Shown one piece after another: positions 1 through 10,700 of a stretch of DNA of 64,000 nt. The translations under genes were made by a program, and so were the position numbers. The DNA is from Candidatus Cloacimonadales bacterium (GTDB lineage Bacteria; Cloacimonadota; Cloacimonadia; Cloacimonadales; JAFGVF01): positions 256,001-320,000 of the forward strand of contig CAXXOU010000004.1 in the NCBI GenBank assembly GCA_963677495.2. The letters are read 5' to 3'. Every line of letters starts with the position of its first letter. The stretch's first letter is position 1. Under the pieces are notes generated by a model. The model saw nothing but the letters and a program-made list of their open reading frames with translations. It ran no database searches and was not told where the DNA came from.

Positions 1-105
1 GATACATTAGAATTTGGAATTAACATCCAATCTTATGATAGCTTTATTCCGGGAGATGATTCTAAGGGTACTGCCATAGGAATTCATTGGAGAACAAGGA
101 TTTAA
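1..105 (+). CDS. 3' end of an upstream gene (partial, hypothetical)
   Basis: Frame 1 is open from base 1 to TAA at 103-105, which overlaps the next ATG (TAATG). Confidence 0.55.
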   Translation, partial: DTLEFGINIQSYDSFIPGDDSKGTAIGIHWRTRI

Positions 106-2084
106 TGATATATAGTATTTTTATCCTTATTGCCCTGTTTATTAGCTGGATCTATTATCGTAAAACAACACCTGAGTTATCATTAAGAGAAAAGTTAGTA
201 TATATTGCATTTAGAACAATTGCTTTATCTGTAATTTTATTGTACTTGTTTAACCCAATTTATACTTACTCTAAAAGATTCCTTCAAGCTGATCATGTGG
301 TAATTTTAAATGATATCTCAGATAGTATGGATGCTGAATTGAATGATTACTCAAAGAACAGTATTATTGCCCATGAATTGGAAAAATTAGAAAGAGCATT
401 AGAAGAGAAGAGTTATGAAGTAACTACATTATCATTCGCAAATGGTATTGATGGAGCTCCGAATAGTACTTCAATTTCAAAAACTTTAGATGATCTGAAT
501 TCTAGAGTTGATTTGAATAAGGTGAAAGAGCTTTATCTTTTCTCTGATGGATGGTTCCAGGATAACAACTACAACGATATTATAATCTTGAATAAACCTA
601 TCAATTCCTATATTTATGAATATACTGAGCAAGTTGACTCACTTAAGATAGTTTCAATTGATTATAACGATACATGCTTCCTTAACGAAACATCTCCCTT
701 TGAAATAAACATTGAAAGCAGTGTAAAGACTAAGGCAAACTGTTCAATGCTAGTTGATGGTGTTGTTGTTAGTGCAAAGGAAGTAGATGTCAAAGCAGAC
801 CAATTAGTTTCAATAGAATTTGAATATAAATTCCATAATTTAGGTATACAAACGATCGATTTTGTTGTAAGTAAAGAAGGTACTGAAGAGCTCCATGCTG
901 ATGCTACAGTTAGAGTGATTAAAGCTAAAGATAAAGTAATGTTGGTAAGTGATGCACTAAATTGGGAAACAAAACAAATAAAAGATGCTCTAAAAAATAA
1001 TGCCAGATTCTCGATAGAAGTACTCCAGGCAAAGCACAAAAGATTATATTCTGGAAATCAGTTAATAAGAGATGAAGTGAAACTGTCTGATTATTCGCTT
1101 ATGATTCTCGTGAATAACGGAAACCTGAAATTGAGCAATGGAACAATACAAATTCTTACTAATAGACTCATTGCCGGGTCGAGTATCATATTAATAGGTG
1201 AACCTGTTAAAGGCCTTGAGCAAATTCAAGCTATGAAGAGTTCTCAAATGTCTAGAATGTTTGAGGGTACTTTGAACCTAACAAGTATTGGAAAAAGTTA
1301 TTCAGTTTTTTCCAACTTTCAAGCACAAAAAAGGAACATACCACCGGTTAAGTACAAGTATTACAGTTTAGAGCATGGAAGTGAAATCCTAGCAACATTT
1401 GATAATCAGGATTTGTCTCCTGCAATATCATTAAAAAAGTCAGGAACCGGCTTATTTCTTCATTTTGGACTCCAGAATCTATGGAAGTGGAGCTTGTGGG
1501 ATGAAGAAAACAGTTATGGAAAAACAATTGAGAACTTGGCCAATTGGTTAAGCAATAATCAAGATAAAAAAATGCTTCTCTCTGCCTCTAAACCGTCTTA
1601 TCTTTATGGGGAAAAAGTAGAGCTACAGTTCCAGGCATTTGATGAAAAGTTGGAGAGGATTTATGGTTTAAACCCTCTGCTTAAAATTGTTAACTCTGAA
1701 GGTAGTAACATAGATAAAAACTATATGATTGAAGATGATGACTTATACAGTGCAACTGTCGAAAATCTTAAACCGGGTGTATATTCAGCAATAGCATCAA
1801 TTCCCAATATGCAAACGGAGCTGAAGGAAGAGTTTATTGTTAAAGATACCGGTGTGGAGTCTATGAATCTTGGTTTCAATCTTGAGAATCTTAAGTATAT
1901 AAGTGCTATAACACGTGGAGCTAGTTTCACTGATGTGACAGATGTACCTATAGTGAAAGCTAAAACTGAGCGTATCGCAAAAGAGTTCGAAATACATTTA
2001 TATAAGAAAGTATGGTTGCTAGTTATATTTCTTATTGCATTTTCAGTTGAATTGCTTCTGAGGAGAAGAAAAGGATTAATTTAA
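105..2084 (+). CDS. Membrane-anchored protein with a vWA-like motif and Ig-like/GATase-like regions
   Basis: ORF 87..2084; ATG at 105 is preferred (AAGGA upstream, coupled to the previous stop). N-terminal TM pair, DxSxSM motif, LFSDG, C-terminal TM ending RRRKGLI. Confidence 0.7.
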   Translation: MIYSIFILIALFISWIYYRKTTPELSLREKLVYIAFRTIALSVILLYLFNPIYTYSKRFLQADHVVILNDISDSMDAELNDYSKNSIIAHELEKLERALEEKSYEVTTLSFANGIDGAPNSTSISKTLDDLNSRVDLNKVKELYLFSDGWFQDNNYNDIIILNKPINSYIYEYTEQVDSLKIVSIDYNDTCFLNETSPFEINIESSVKTKANCSMLVDGVVVSAKEVDVKADQLVSIEFEYKFHNLGIQTIDFVVSKEGTEELHADATVRVIKAKDKVMLVSDALNWETKQIKDALKNNARFSIEVLQAKHKRLYSGNQLIRDEVKLSDYSLMILVNNGNLKLSNGTIQILTNRLIAGSSIILIGEPVKGLEQIQAMKSSQMSRMFEGTLNLTSIGKSYSVFSNFQAQKRNIPPVKYKYYSLEHGSEILATFDNQDLSPAISLKKSGTGLFLHFGLQNLWKWSLWDEENSYGKTIENLANWLSNNQDKKMLLSASKPSYLYGEKVELQFQAFDEKLERIYGLNPLLKIVNSEGSNIDKNYMIEDDDLYSATVENLKPGVYSAIASIPNMQTELKEEFIVKDTGVESMNLGFNLENLKYISAITRGASFTDVTDVPIVKAKTERIAKEFEIHLYKKVWLLVIFLIAFSVELLLRRRKGLI

Positions 2085-2109
2085 AACAAGTATATACGTA
2101 GACACAAAA

Positions 2110-2137
2110 AAACAAGCCTGGGTTGCTAGGCTTGTTT
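2110..2137. terminator. Bidirectional intrinsic terminator
   Basis: AAACAAGCCTG / TAGGCTTGTTT stem between convergent genes, with an A-run on the left. Confidence 0.7.
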
Positions 2138-2150
2138 GCATTTTATAAAA

Positions 2151-2960
2151 CTAGTTTTCTTTGTGAACTACTAATTGTGGATAAGGAATCTCAATATCAT
2201 TCTTATCACAAGCTTCTTTTACCTGTTCTAATAGATCGAAATGAACATCCCAATAATCTGCAGCATTTACCCAGACTCTGCAAGCAAAATCCAAAGAGCT
2301 GGCATTGTGTACTGCCAGTCTTACGAAAGGTGCGGGATCTTTCTTAACTTTTGGATGAGCCATAGCCACGTCCATGATAACTTTTTTAACTTTTTCTATA
2401 TCATTATTGTATGAAGCTGAGAATGCGAAATCTACACGCCTTTCAGGTGACGTAGAAAAATTTGTAATTGGGGCGTTTGCTAAAGCACCATTAGGAATAA
2501 TAATAGTCTTTTTATCAACGGTTTCTAGTGTAGTGAATAGAATTGCCAATCCTTTTACTGTACCATCCATTCCATTGGCACTAATATAATCGCCAACTTT
2601 AAACGGTTTCAGAACTAATAACAAAATACCACCTGCAAAATTTGCTAGACTGCCTTGAAGAGCTAAGCCAATAGCAAGACCGGCAGCACCAAGTATTGCT
2701 ACTAATGATGACATCTGTACACCAAGCATAGTGCCTACAATAATCAGGAGAACAAGTTTTAACATGAACCTTATCAAGGAAGTCATGAAATCAGCTACTG
2801 TAGCCTCAGTTTGTTTTTTCTTGAACCCTTTGTTTACTAGGTTAAGAATGATTTTTACAACAATTGCACCAATGATCCAAACAGCAAGTGCACCTGCAAG
2901 TTTAACTGAATATGTAGAAATAAACGGAATAATGGTTTCTTTTACCATTTCTAGTGACAT
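2151..2960 (-). CDS. mscS: Small-conductance mechanosensitive channel
   Basis: GAAGLAIGLALQGSLANFAGG, KPFKVGD and EIPYPQ motifs. Confidence 0.93.
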   Translation of the reverse strand: MSLEMVKETIIPFISTYSVKLAGALAVWIIGAIVVKIILNLVNKGFKKKQTEATVADFMTSLIRFMLKLVLLIIVGTMLGVQMSSLVAILGAAGLAIGLALQGSLANFAGGILLLVLKPFKVGDYISANGMDGTVKGLAILFTTLETVDKKTIIIPNGALANAPITNFSTSPERRVDFAFSASYNNDIEKVKKVIMDVAMAHPKVKKDPAPFVRLAVHNASSLDFACRVWVNAADYWDVHFDLLEQVKEACDKNDIEIPYPQLVVHKEN

Positions 2961-3042
2961 AATATTTACCTCCAGAATTATACTACAGTAAATAATACAG
3001 TAAGATTAGTGTAAAGCAAATATTAATTGGGGAAGGTAAAAA

Positions 3043-3119
3043 TGGGGTGGCTGACGGGACTTGAACCCGCGACAACATGAGCCACAATCATGTACTCTGC
3101 CAGCTGAGCTACAGCCACC
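3043..3119 (-). tRNA. tRNA-His(GTG)
   Basis: Cloverleaf on the minus strand; anticodon arm CATGA-TTGTGGC-TCATG; G-1; encoded CCA. Confidence 0.95.
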
Positions 3120-3134
3120 ATATGATAGAAAAAA

Positions 3135-3211
<77 letters not shown>

Positions 3212-3261
3212 GCATTCTTGTATATAAAATGTGCTTATCTTACGATAAGCAGTTAAATTCT

Positions 3262-3338
3262 TGGTAGCGGCGCAGGGACTTGAACCCCGGACACTCGGAT
3301 TATGATTCCGATGCTCTAACCAACTGAGCTACGCCGCC
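3262..3338 (-). tRNA. tRNA-Met(CAT), probably elongator (Ile2 not excluded)
   Basis: Anticodon arm TCGGA-ATCATAA-TCCGA; acceptor GGCGGCG; encoded CCA. Confidence 0.9.
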
Positions 3339-3339
3339 A

Positions 3340-3416
3340 TGGTAGCGAGGGGAGGATTTGAACCTCCGGCCTTTGGGTTATGAGCCCAACGAGCTACCTA
3401 ACTGCTCCACCTCGCG
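3340..3416 (-). tRNA. Initiator tRNA-fMet(CAT)
   Basis: Unpaired C1:72, three G-C pairs in the anticodon stem (GGG/CCC), CAT anticodon, encoded CCA. Confidence 0.93.
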
Positions 3417-3479
3417 TCAACGTATAAGCACTTTTTTAAATCGAACTCACTCCGTCAAGCAAAATTAATCAAATTATTA

Positions 3480-3983
3480 CTATTTCTTTAAGAGCTCTTC
3501 TAAATGCTCAATATACTTTGTAGGGCCACCTTGTTGGTAACCTGTTTGAGCTAGTGTAGTTCCATCATGACTTACTAGCATGATTGTTGGAAATCCACGT
3601 ACTCCATATTTCTTCATTAGCATTTGATTTTGAGCCTTCAGCTCATCGGGTTGCGGTACACTTTTCGGAAAATCTGCTTTGAAAAGAACAAAATTCTTCT
3701 CTGCATATTCAATGAATTCAGGTTGAGCAAACACTTCATCATGAAGTTTGAAGCACCAACCACACCAGTCTGATCCTGTGAAATTAATTAAGATTGGTAG
3801 ATCCTTCTCTTTTGCAAGTGACAAACTTGCTTCAAAGTCCTCTGACCATTCTAGTCCAGAAGCCTCTATACCTGCTTTATCCACTTTAGGAACTTCGCTC
3901 TGAGTGCAACCAATGTTTAATACAATTCCAAAAAGGATCAGAGTTATGTAGATTAATCTATACTTATTCAACTTTATCTCCAT
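3480..3983 (-). CDS. Thioredoxin-family protein (probable lipoprotein)
   Basis: FTGSDWCGWC and YGVRGFPT motifs; hydrophobic leader ending NIGC. Confidence 0.88.
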   Translation of the reverse strand: MEIKLNKYRLIYITLILFGIVLNIGCTQSEVPKVDKAGIEASGLEWSEDFEASLSLAKEKDLPILINFTGSDWCGWCFKLHDEVFAQPEFIEYAEKNFVLFKADFPKSVPQPDELKAQNQMLMKKYGVRGFPTIMLVSHDGTTLAQTGYQQGGPTKYIEHLEELLKK

Positions 3984-4383
3984 TTAAGTATACTTCAAAA
4001 GAGATCTCCGAGCTTTCTCTAAGCATAGCAGATACTCCACAATACTTTGTTGCAGAGAGTTCTACTGCACGCTTTAGTTTATACTCACTCAGATTTTCTC
4101 CACTGAATTGATACTTTATCTTTATCGCACTATATATCTTTGGATGTTTATCTGAATTCTCAGCATCAACTTCCAGCTTAAATTCGAAATCATTGTAACC
4201 ATAATTATTCAATATATAAACGACATCCATACCTGTACAACCGGCTAAAGCAGATAGCAATAACGGTTTAGGCGATGGACCTGCACCTTGCTTTTCGGGT
4301 TTATTAGAGTCCATGACAAGTGTATGGCCCCCTTGGACGGATTCAAACTTGAAACCGCCCTTCCAGGTCACTTCTGTTTTCAT
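3964..4383 (-). CDS. OsmC family protein
   Basis: GPSPKPLLLSALAGCTGMDV and KYCGVS conserved Cys pair. Confidence 0.9.
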   Translation of the reverse strand: MKTEVTWKGGFKFESVQGGHTLVMDSNKPEKQGAGPSPKPLLLSALAGCTGMDVVYILNNYGYNDFEFKLEVDAENSDKHPKIYSAIKIKYQFSGENLSEYKLKRAVELSATKYCGVSAMLRESSEISFEVYLNGDKVE

Positions 4384-4384
4384 A

Positions 4385-4840
4385 TTACTTTTTCTTTTTA
4401 TGATCGGATATAATCACTTCATAAGTCTTTATGAACTTGTTGAGACTACTATATATTTCATCTCTATCCTTTGCTTCAAGCTGATCATAAATCTTGCGCT
4501 GATGTGCAAAAATCTTTTTAGTACATTCTGTAGCAAGGCTTTGGCCGCCTTCAGTTACGACAGCGTACCATCTTCTTCTGTCTTCTTCAGAATGCTTTCT
4601 TAAAGCAAAACCTTTAAGAACTAAGTTGTCCATAATTCTTGTTACTCTACTGTGTGACACATTCAAAGCTTTTGCTAACTGGTTCATGCTAACAGGCTTG
4701 TTTTGTGTGAAAAGGTATTGTAACATATTACATTCCATTTTACCAATATTCATTGATGATTTATGGAGTGAATCACGTTCGTACAGTATCTTCTGCATTC
4801 TGTTGGTAAGGGCTATGAATTCCTCTACTGAGTATTTCAT
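4385..4840 (-). CDS. MarR family transcriptional regulator
   Basis: wHTH LAKALNVSHSRVTRIMDNL followed by EDRR. Confidence 0.9.
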   Translation of the reverse strand: MKYSVEEFIALTNRMQKILYERDSLHKSSMNIGKMECNMLQYLFTQNKPVSMNQLAKALNVSHSRVTRIMDNLVLKGFALRKHSEEDRRRWYAVVTEGGQSLATECTKKIFAHQRKIYDQLEAKDRDEIYSSLNKFIKTYEVIISDHKKKK

Positions 4841-5114
4841 TTTAACCTCCTATGGTTAATTATTTTTCTTGGGTTCGATTTTTCACTTATGACTATATTC
4901 GAGATAACATTTATAATATAACAAATCTAATGACACTCGCAACAAAATTTATTTCTATATAAGGTTTATTAAGAATTCATATATATGTACAATATACTCT
5001 TGGATTAACTGCAAGCTTTTTTCTTTGATACCAATACATTAGATTTCAAAGGCTATGCCATTAATTTCCTTATTGCCACGTAAAACAAATTATGAATCTT
5101 ATTCAACAAGTCAA

Positions 5115-5876
5115 CTAAAAAGTTATTCCGCTTTCACCTTTACTACTTCCGCCACTCCGTGGAGCATGCTTTAGAATGCTGTCTGCTAAGCGTGAAAATG
5201 GTAGTGATTGAAGATAAACATATCCATGGCCTTGTAAGGTTGTTAAAAACATACCTTCACCACCAAACAACATGGATTTTAAACCACCAGACATCTCTAT
5301 GTCGTAGTTTACGCCTTCCGAGAAGGCAACTAGACAGCCGGTATCAACTCTTAGTTTTCCACCTTTGAGCTCTTTTCGCACTATTGTCCCCCCGGCATGT
5401 AGGAAAACCAGCCCATCACCACTTATCTTTTGAAGGATGAATCCCTCTCCACCAAAAAAGCCGGTACCAACTCGTTTTGTGAATGCGATATCTATCTTTG
5501 TACCAAATGCTGAGCATAAATATGCATCTTTTTGGCAAAACAATACGTTGCCTGTTTCTGCTAAATCGACTGGTATGATTTTACCGGGATATGGGGCTGC
5601 AAAAGCTACTTTTTGAACTGAGTTAACAGAATTAGTAAAGTGAGTAAGGAAGAGAGATTCTCCACTCAAAGCTCGTTTTGCACTTTGAAATAGCTTCCCT
5701 GCTAATCCACCTGCCACTTCAGAACCATCACCAAGTTTAGACTCAAATGTAATTCCATTATCCATCCAGTTCATAACACCTGCTTCAGCCACAATCGTCT
5801 CTTGAGGATCAAGACTGATCTCTACAACCTGCATATCATCACCAATTATCTCATATTCTACTTCATGTGAACGCAC
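5115..5876 (-). CDS. TIGR00266 / AIM24 family protein
   Basis: [22 protein letters not shown] and LFGGEG motifs. Confidence 0.9.
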   Translation of the reverse strand: MRSHEVEYEIIGDDMQVVEISLDPQETIVAEAGVMNWMDNGITFESKLGDGSEVAGGLAGKLFQSAKRALSGESLFLTHFTNSVNSVQKVAFAAPYPGKIIPVDLAETGNVLFCQKDAYLCSAFGTKIDIAFTKRVGTGFFGGEGFILQKISGDGLVFLHAGGTIVRKELKGGKLRVDTGCLVAFSEGVNYDIEMSGGLKSMLFGGEGMFLTTLQGHGYVYLQSLPFSRLADSILKHAPRSGGSSKGESGITF

Positions 5877-5887
5877 AACTCTCTCCT

Positions 5888-6958
5888 TTACCGGCTTAGT
5901 TTCTGAAACTTAACTCTTATCGCTCCATTTTTTATGGAGAATAGCTCTTTACTCTGTTTGAAGCTCCTTGGATGGATTACATATACATCATTTGTTTTTG
6001 CCATCTTAACAAGGCTTTTTAGTGATTCTGTTCCATTGATTCTAACACCATAAGGTGGATTAGTTACAATTAACTTGTTATGCAATTCACTATATTGCTT
6101 GATATCCTTTACTTGCCAGTCGATAATGTCTTCTACATTAGCTTGTTTGGCATTGTGTCTGGCAGTTTCGATAGCTTTTTCATCAATGTCTGAACCCGTT
6201 ATTACAAAATTTGGAGCATCAATTATCTCCTCATTCAAACTGTTAATTGTACTTTGAAATCTATCCCTTTGAAACGTAGGCCAATCCTGAAAAGCATATT
6301 TCCTAAAATTGGACATTGGTAATCTCTTTGCCATCACAGCCATTTCTATTGGTATTGTCCCGGATCCACAAAGTGGATCTAGTAAAGTTTTAGATACAGG
6401 AGATACAGTGCTAAGCATAGCTGCAGCTATCGTCTCACGAAGAGGAGCTTTCTCCCGCCAGTCCATATATCCTCGTTTATGCAAATGTTCTCCACTACTA
6501 TCTACACTTATTGAAAACTTGTTCCTATATGCGTTGACAACTATTAGTTGAGAGTTCTCTTTCTGTGGGACAGAATCAACTTCTATCTCTCTGTTTGCCC
6601 ACTTGTTGAGGGATGATATAACTGTGAGCCCTATCGCTTTTTCATGATAAAGCTTTGAATCTACAGAGTTTACATGCAAACAGATGTTTTGTCTTTCAAG
6701 AATTTGATTCCAATCCAATTTGATAAATTTAGCTTCTAACTCCTGAAATGTAGTAGCAGTAAAGATATCAAATCTAACTAGAAATCTTGAGAATACTCTG
6801 CATTTAAGATTGCATAGAATCAATAGTGATTGATGTCCTACGAACTCAATTCCGCCCTTCATCCGGACGTAGTTCTTCACACCTAAGTCGCGTAATTCTT
6901 TTTCTGCAATATGTTCCAATCCCGGCAATACTACGCCGAATATTTTGTAAGGTTTCAT
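5888..6958 (-). CDS. THUMP-domain SAM-dependent RNA methyltransferase (RlmL-like)
   Basis: [34 protein letters not shown] and TNPPYG; ATG at 6958 preferred over TTG at 6994. Confidence 0.88.
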   Translation of the reverse strand: MKPYKIFGVVLPGLEHIAEKELRDLGVKNYVRMKGGIEFVGHQSLLILCNLKCRVFSRFLVRFDIFTATTFQELEAKFIKLDWNQILERQNICLHVNSVDSKLYHEKAIGLTVISSLNKWANREIEVDSVPQKENSQLIVVNAYRNKFSISVDSSGEHLHKRGYMDWREKAPLRETIAAAMLSTVSPVSKTLLDPLCGSGTIPIEMAVMAKRLPMSNFRKYAFQDWPTFQRDRFQSTINSLNEEIIDAPNFVITGSDIDEKAIETARHNAKQANVEDIIDWQVKDIKQYSELHNKLIVTNPPYGVRINGTESLKSLVKMAKTNDVYVIHPRSFKQSKELFSIKNGAIRVKFQKLSR

Positions 6959-7185
6959 TGTACTAATGAAAATTTCGATATGAAATTGTGTCAATAAATA
7001 CTTCCCCTAATTTTGTAGGAGTTTTAAATATTCTCAACTTGTGATCGAAGACAGTGCGATTTGCAATGACTTACATCATTGGAGTCATAGCGACCGAAGG
7101 GAGTTGGACTCATAGTGATGTAACCTTGCCACTTCTCGCTATTCGCCCATCTCCCTTCGGTCGCTATTGCGACAGCTTCTGAATG

Positions 7186-7370
7186 CATACACAGTGCCTT
7201 TTGCAATAACTTAGCTATATTCATTGCTCTTTTAGTTCCCTTCCATTGCTCTATCCATCTACGCACTGTACACTCACTGTGATCCCACTGTGAAGGCACT
7301 GCCAACCCACTGTTTCACTGGGTGCACAGTGCGTGCACAGTGGGAAAACAGTGGGATGACTGCGTTTTGG
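7186..7370. repeat. 185-bp dispersed element with 11-bp-phased CACTG/CAGTG arrays (copy 1)
   Basis: Colinear with the reverse complement of 45734..45918. CACTG at 7264, 7275, 7286, 7297, 7308; CAGTG at 7327, 7338, 7349. Confidence 0.9.
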
Positions 7371-7732
7371 TTAAGAGTTTAGTTAAAGTTTCCATTATCG
7401 CAAGATGACCCAGGAAGAAGTGATTCACAATGAAGCGGGAATCGCTTATTCTGGCATAATCTAAAAGGAGTAATAGATCATACACTTTAACTTAGCTGCT
7501 ATGTCATGCAAATTCCATTATCCAAAGTAAGATTTTTCTCGCTTTATCCATGGGTAAACAACGGTCAAGAATGACACTGGTTATACAGAAAGAGACAAAT
7601 GGATTTGATAATAGTATTGGAATAGTCACAAGAATGTGCAAATAAATAAAAATATGAACTACATAAATATTGATTTACTGTTTGGAATACCAATAGCATA
7701 TTGAACATGAGATTTATTTCTAAGGAGAAAGC

Positions 7733-10700
7733 ATGAGGTTAACTTATATCTTATTTGTTTTGATGCTGATGATGACACAATTTCTTTTTGCAGGTGATAT
7801 ACTTGTAACAAATATTGAAAACAGTGTAGAAGTTTCCTATTCTGGGAAAGATAATAAAGATCTTCTTTTAGAAGTACCAAATACAGGAAGGGTTAATTGT
7901 TCTTGGAATATCACTTTACCTGACGGGACAATATATAAAGGCATGGGAAATAGTCATCATCATTTAATGAGCACACCTGCAATATATAGGGATATAAGAG
8001 TCGTTGCATTAAATCTCTTTGATATGAGCGATATTGAAAGCATTACACTTATGATAAATGCAGATAACTCAACCTTAGGTCTTAATGAAAAGAATGATTC
8101 AAATAACATATCGAAATCCTACAACAGGATTTATAAAGATAACATTACTAACTACACTCCTCAAAGAAACACAATGAAGGACAAGATTCTTTACTACTAT
8201 CCGGCTAATGTGCAAGATTATGTTATTGAACTTGGTAACTGGAAAGAGAGAACCGGATTTGATGTGGTTTATAGACCTTTAAACGATGTTACAAACAATA
8301 CTGCTTGGATTCAAGATTCTATTCAACAGGAGTATGATTCAGATTATCCACCTTCATATGTTGTACTATTCGGTGATGTTGATGGAGACTATAGTATCCC
8401 AACATTTTGGTATGATTACGCTACAGGTAGTGCTGAAGGTGATCACCCATATACATTGCTTGAAGGAGATGATCCAATCGAAGATATTGCTATTGGTAGA
8501 ATCTCTTTTAGTTCAACTAGTGAACTGGCCACAATAATCAATAAAATCATTATGTATGAAGGAATGCAATACGTACCATTAGGTTGGCAAAATAGAGTGT
8601 TACTTGTCAGTGATACTGATGAATCCGGAATAACTACTCTGACAACTAACCAGTATGTGAAAGAGATTATGACTGAATACAATCCTGACTTTGAGTTTAT
8701 TGAGTTAATTGGAACTGACCCAAGTGTTAGCTTAGTTACAGCAAATTTAAACATGGGGATCTCCTATTTCAATTATAGAGGATTTCTTGGTATGAGTGGA
8801 TGGGATGCTTATGAAGCATTCGATCTTTTGAATGGGCCAAGACTCCCAATTGTCAGTACAGTTACGTGTGATACAGGTAGTTTTGGAAATGGATTGAGTA
8901 GAACAGAAGCCTTCTTGCGAGCAGGCACACCACAGTTACCTGCAGGTGCAGTTGCTTCATTTGGTTGCTCAACTGCTGATACTCATACATGCTATAATAA
9001 TTTAGTAGATGCATCATTTTATGAGGGCTTGTTTGTACATGATATGACTACTATCGGTGAAGCTCTTACGTATGCAAAGAATCAACTCTTCACTGTGTAT
9101 GCTAATTCTCAACCGGAGATGCTTGATTATAATTATCAGATATTTAACCTTATGGGGGATCCTACTACAATAGCTCTAAAAGGTAGTCCCAGGCAGTTCA
9201 ATGTGGATATATCTTCCTATGGTGGAGGGAGAACTTTACCTGTTACGATCACCGGACTTGACGGTCAACAGTATTACTATTCAGTATGCTCAGAAGCAGA
9301 GGGGATTATTGCTTCCGGTTATTCAAACGAGGAGAGTTTAACTCTTCCGGTTGGAGCCGATAGTGCAACTGTAAAACTATTAGTATTATCCGACGGATAC
9401 AAGCCGGTTGAGCATGTTGTTAGTGTCGGAAATGGAGCTACTTTCTTATTTCACAATACTGTAGTTGCCTATGGAGATATAGAAACCGACCTGCTATATC
9501 CTAATATTGAAGCATCAATTGATATAGAATGTTCTGCAAACAATCTGGAATATGGTATCTTTCAAGCTGAATATGAGCTTATTAACAATAAAGGTGAGAT
9601 TATTCATTCAGGACAAACTGAATTTATCAATAATGATATAGCTTGTCATCTAAACAACTATCTGTCTTTACCGGCTTTTAGTAAGCAACAGCTTACTGAT
9701 AGATTACTGATAAGGTGTTCTGTTGAATGCTATGGGAATCCTACTTTTGATGCTGAAATAGATGTCTTTACCGGAAGTATAAACATATCACATAGATTTG
9801 ATAACACAAATGGAATAGAAGCAATCTTAGGTGAAACAACAAGATTAGTGATTGATATGGGAAATCCTACTCCAAATGACTTCACGGTTGATTGGCTCAG
9901 CTCTGGTAATGAGGGGCTTCAGTACATTAATACTAATGTCATTGATGCAGATACATGTACTCAGTACTATAATTTCCATTGTGAAGCTTCCTTAGAACCT
10001 AATATGGTTCATTACATACCTATAACATTACAGGCAACTCAATACAATGGGATTCAGTTTAGTTGGACGGAGTATATTGAGTTTCCGGTGATTTACCGAG
10101 AGAATACATCATATTTTGACAATACAGGTCAATACTCAATATATACATCTGTAATGCAAAATGCACCTGAGTTGATAAATACAGAATGGGTTGAGCTAAA
10201 CCCTCAGTTAGGAGGAGCTGGAATAAATACCGGGATTGTCGATGAAATCAGAGAAGGAGACCAAACTGTAACATTAGATTTGCCATTTGCTTTTAGCTGG
10301 TATGGAGAGGAGTTTGATACAATCTCAATCTGTTCCAATGGTTGGATTTCTATGGGCGAAACTCCGCAAATTACATATAGGAATTGGAGATTCCCGGGAC
10401 CATTAGGACCAGCAAATATGATAGCTCCTTTCTGGGATGATTTGATTACTACCGATGGAGGAGTGTTCACTTATTATGATCCAACTAATGAAAGGTTCAT
10501 CGTTGAATGGGATTGCAAAGCAAGGTTCGATGATACGATAGAAAGGTTTCAGATGCAGATGTTTACAAGTGGGGAAGTACTTTTTATTTATGATGATGTA
10601 ACCGCTGTAGATGATACTTATCAATATAGACACGGTTCCTACTTCACTACCGGTTTCGAAGGAGCTAATTCAACTCAAGGATTTGAGTATGTTTTTGGAA

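Noticed and set aside
7024..7305. ORFs across the phased element (also 45698..45880)
   Set aside because: The two ORFs read opposite strands of the element, lack convincing starts, and the 11-bp period is not codon-phased; treated as non-coding.
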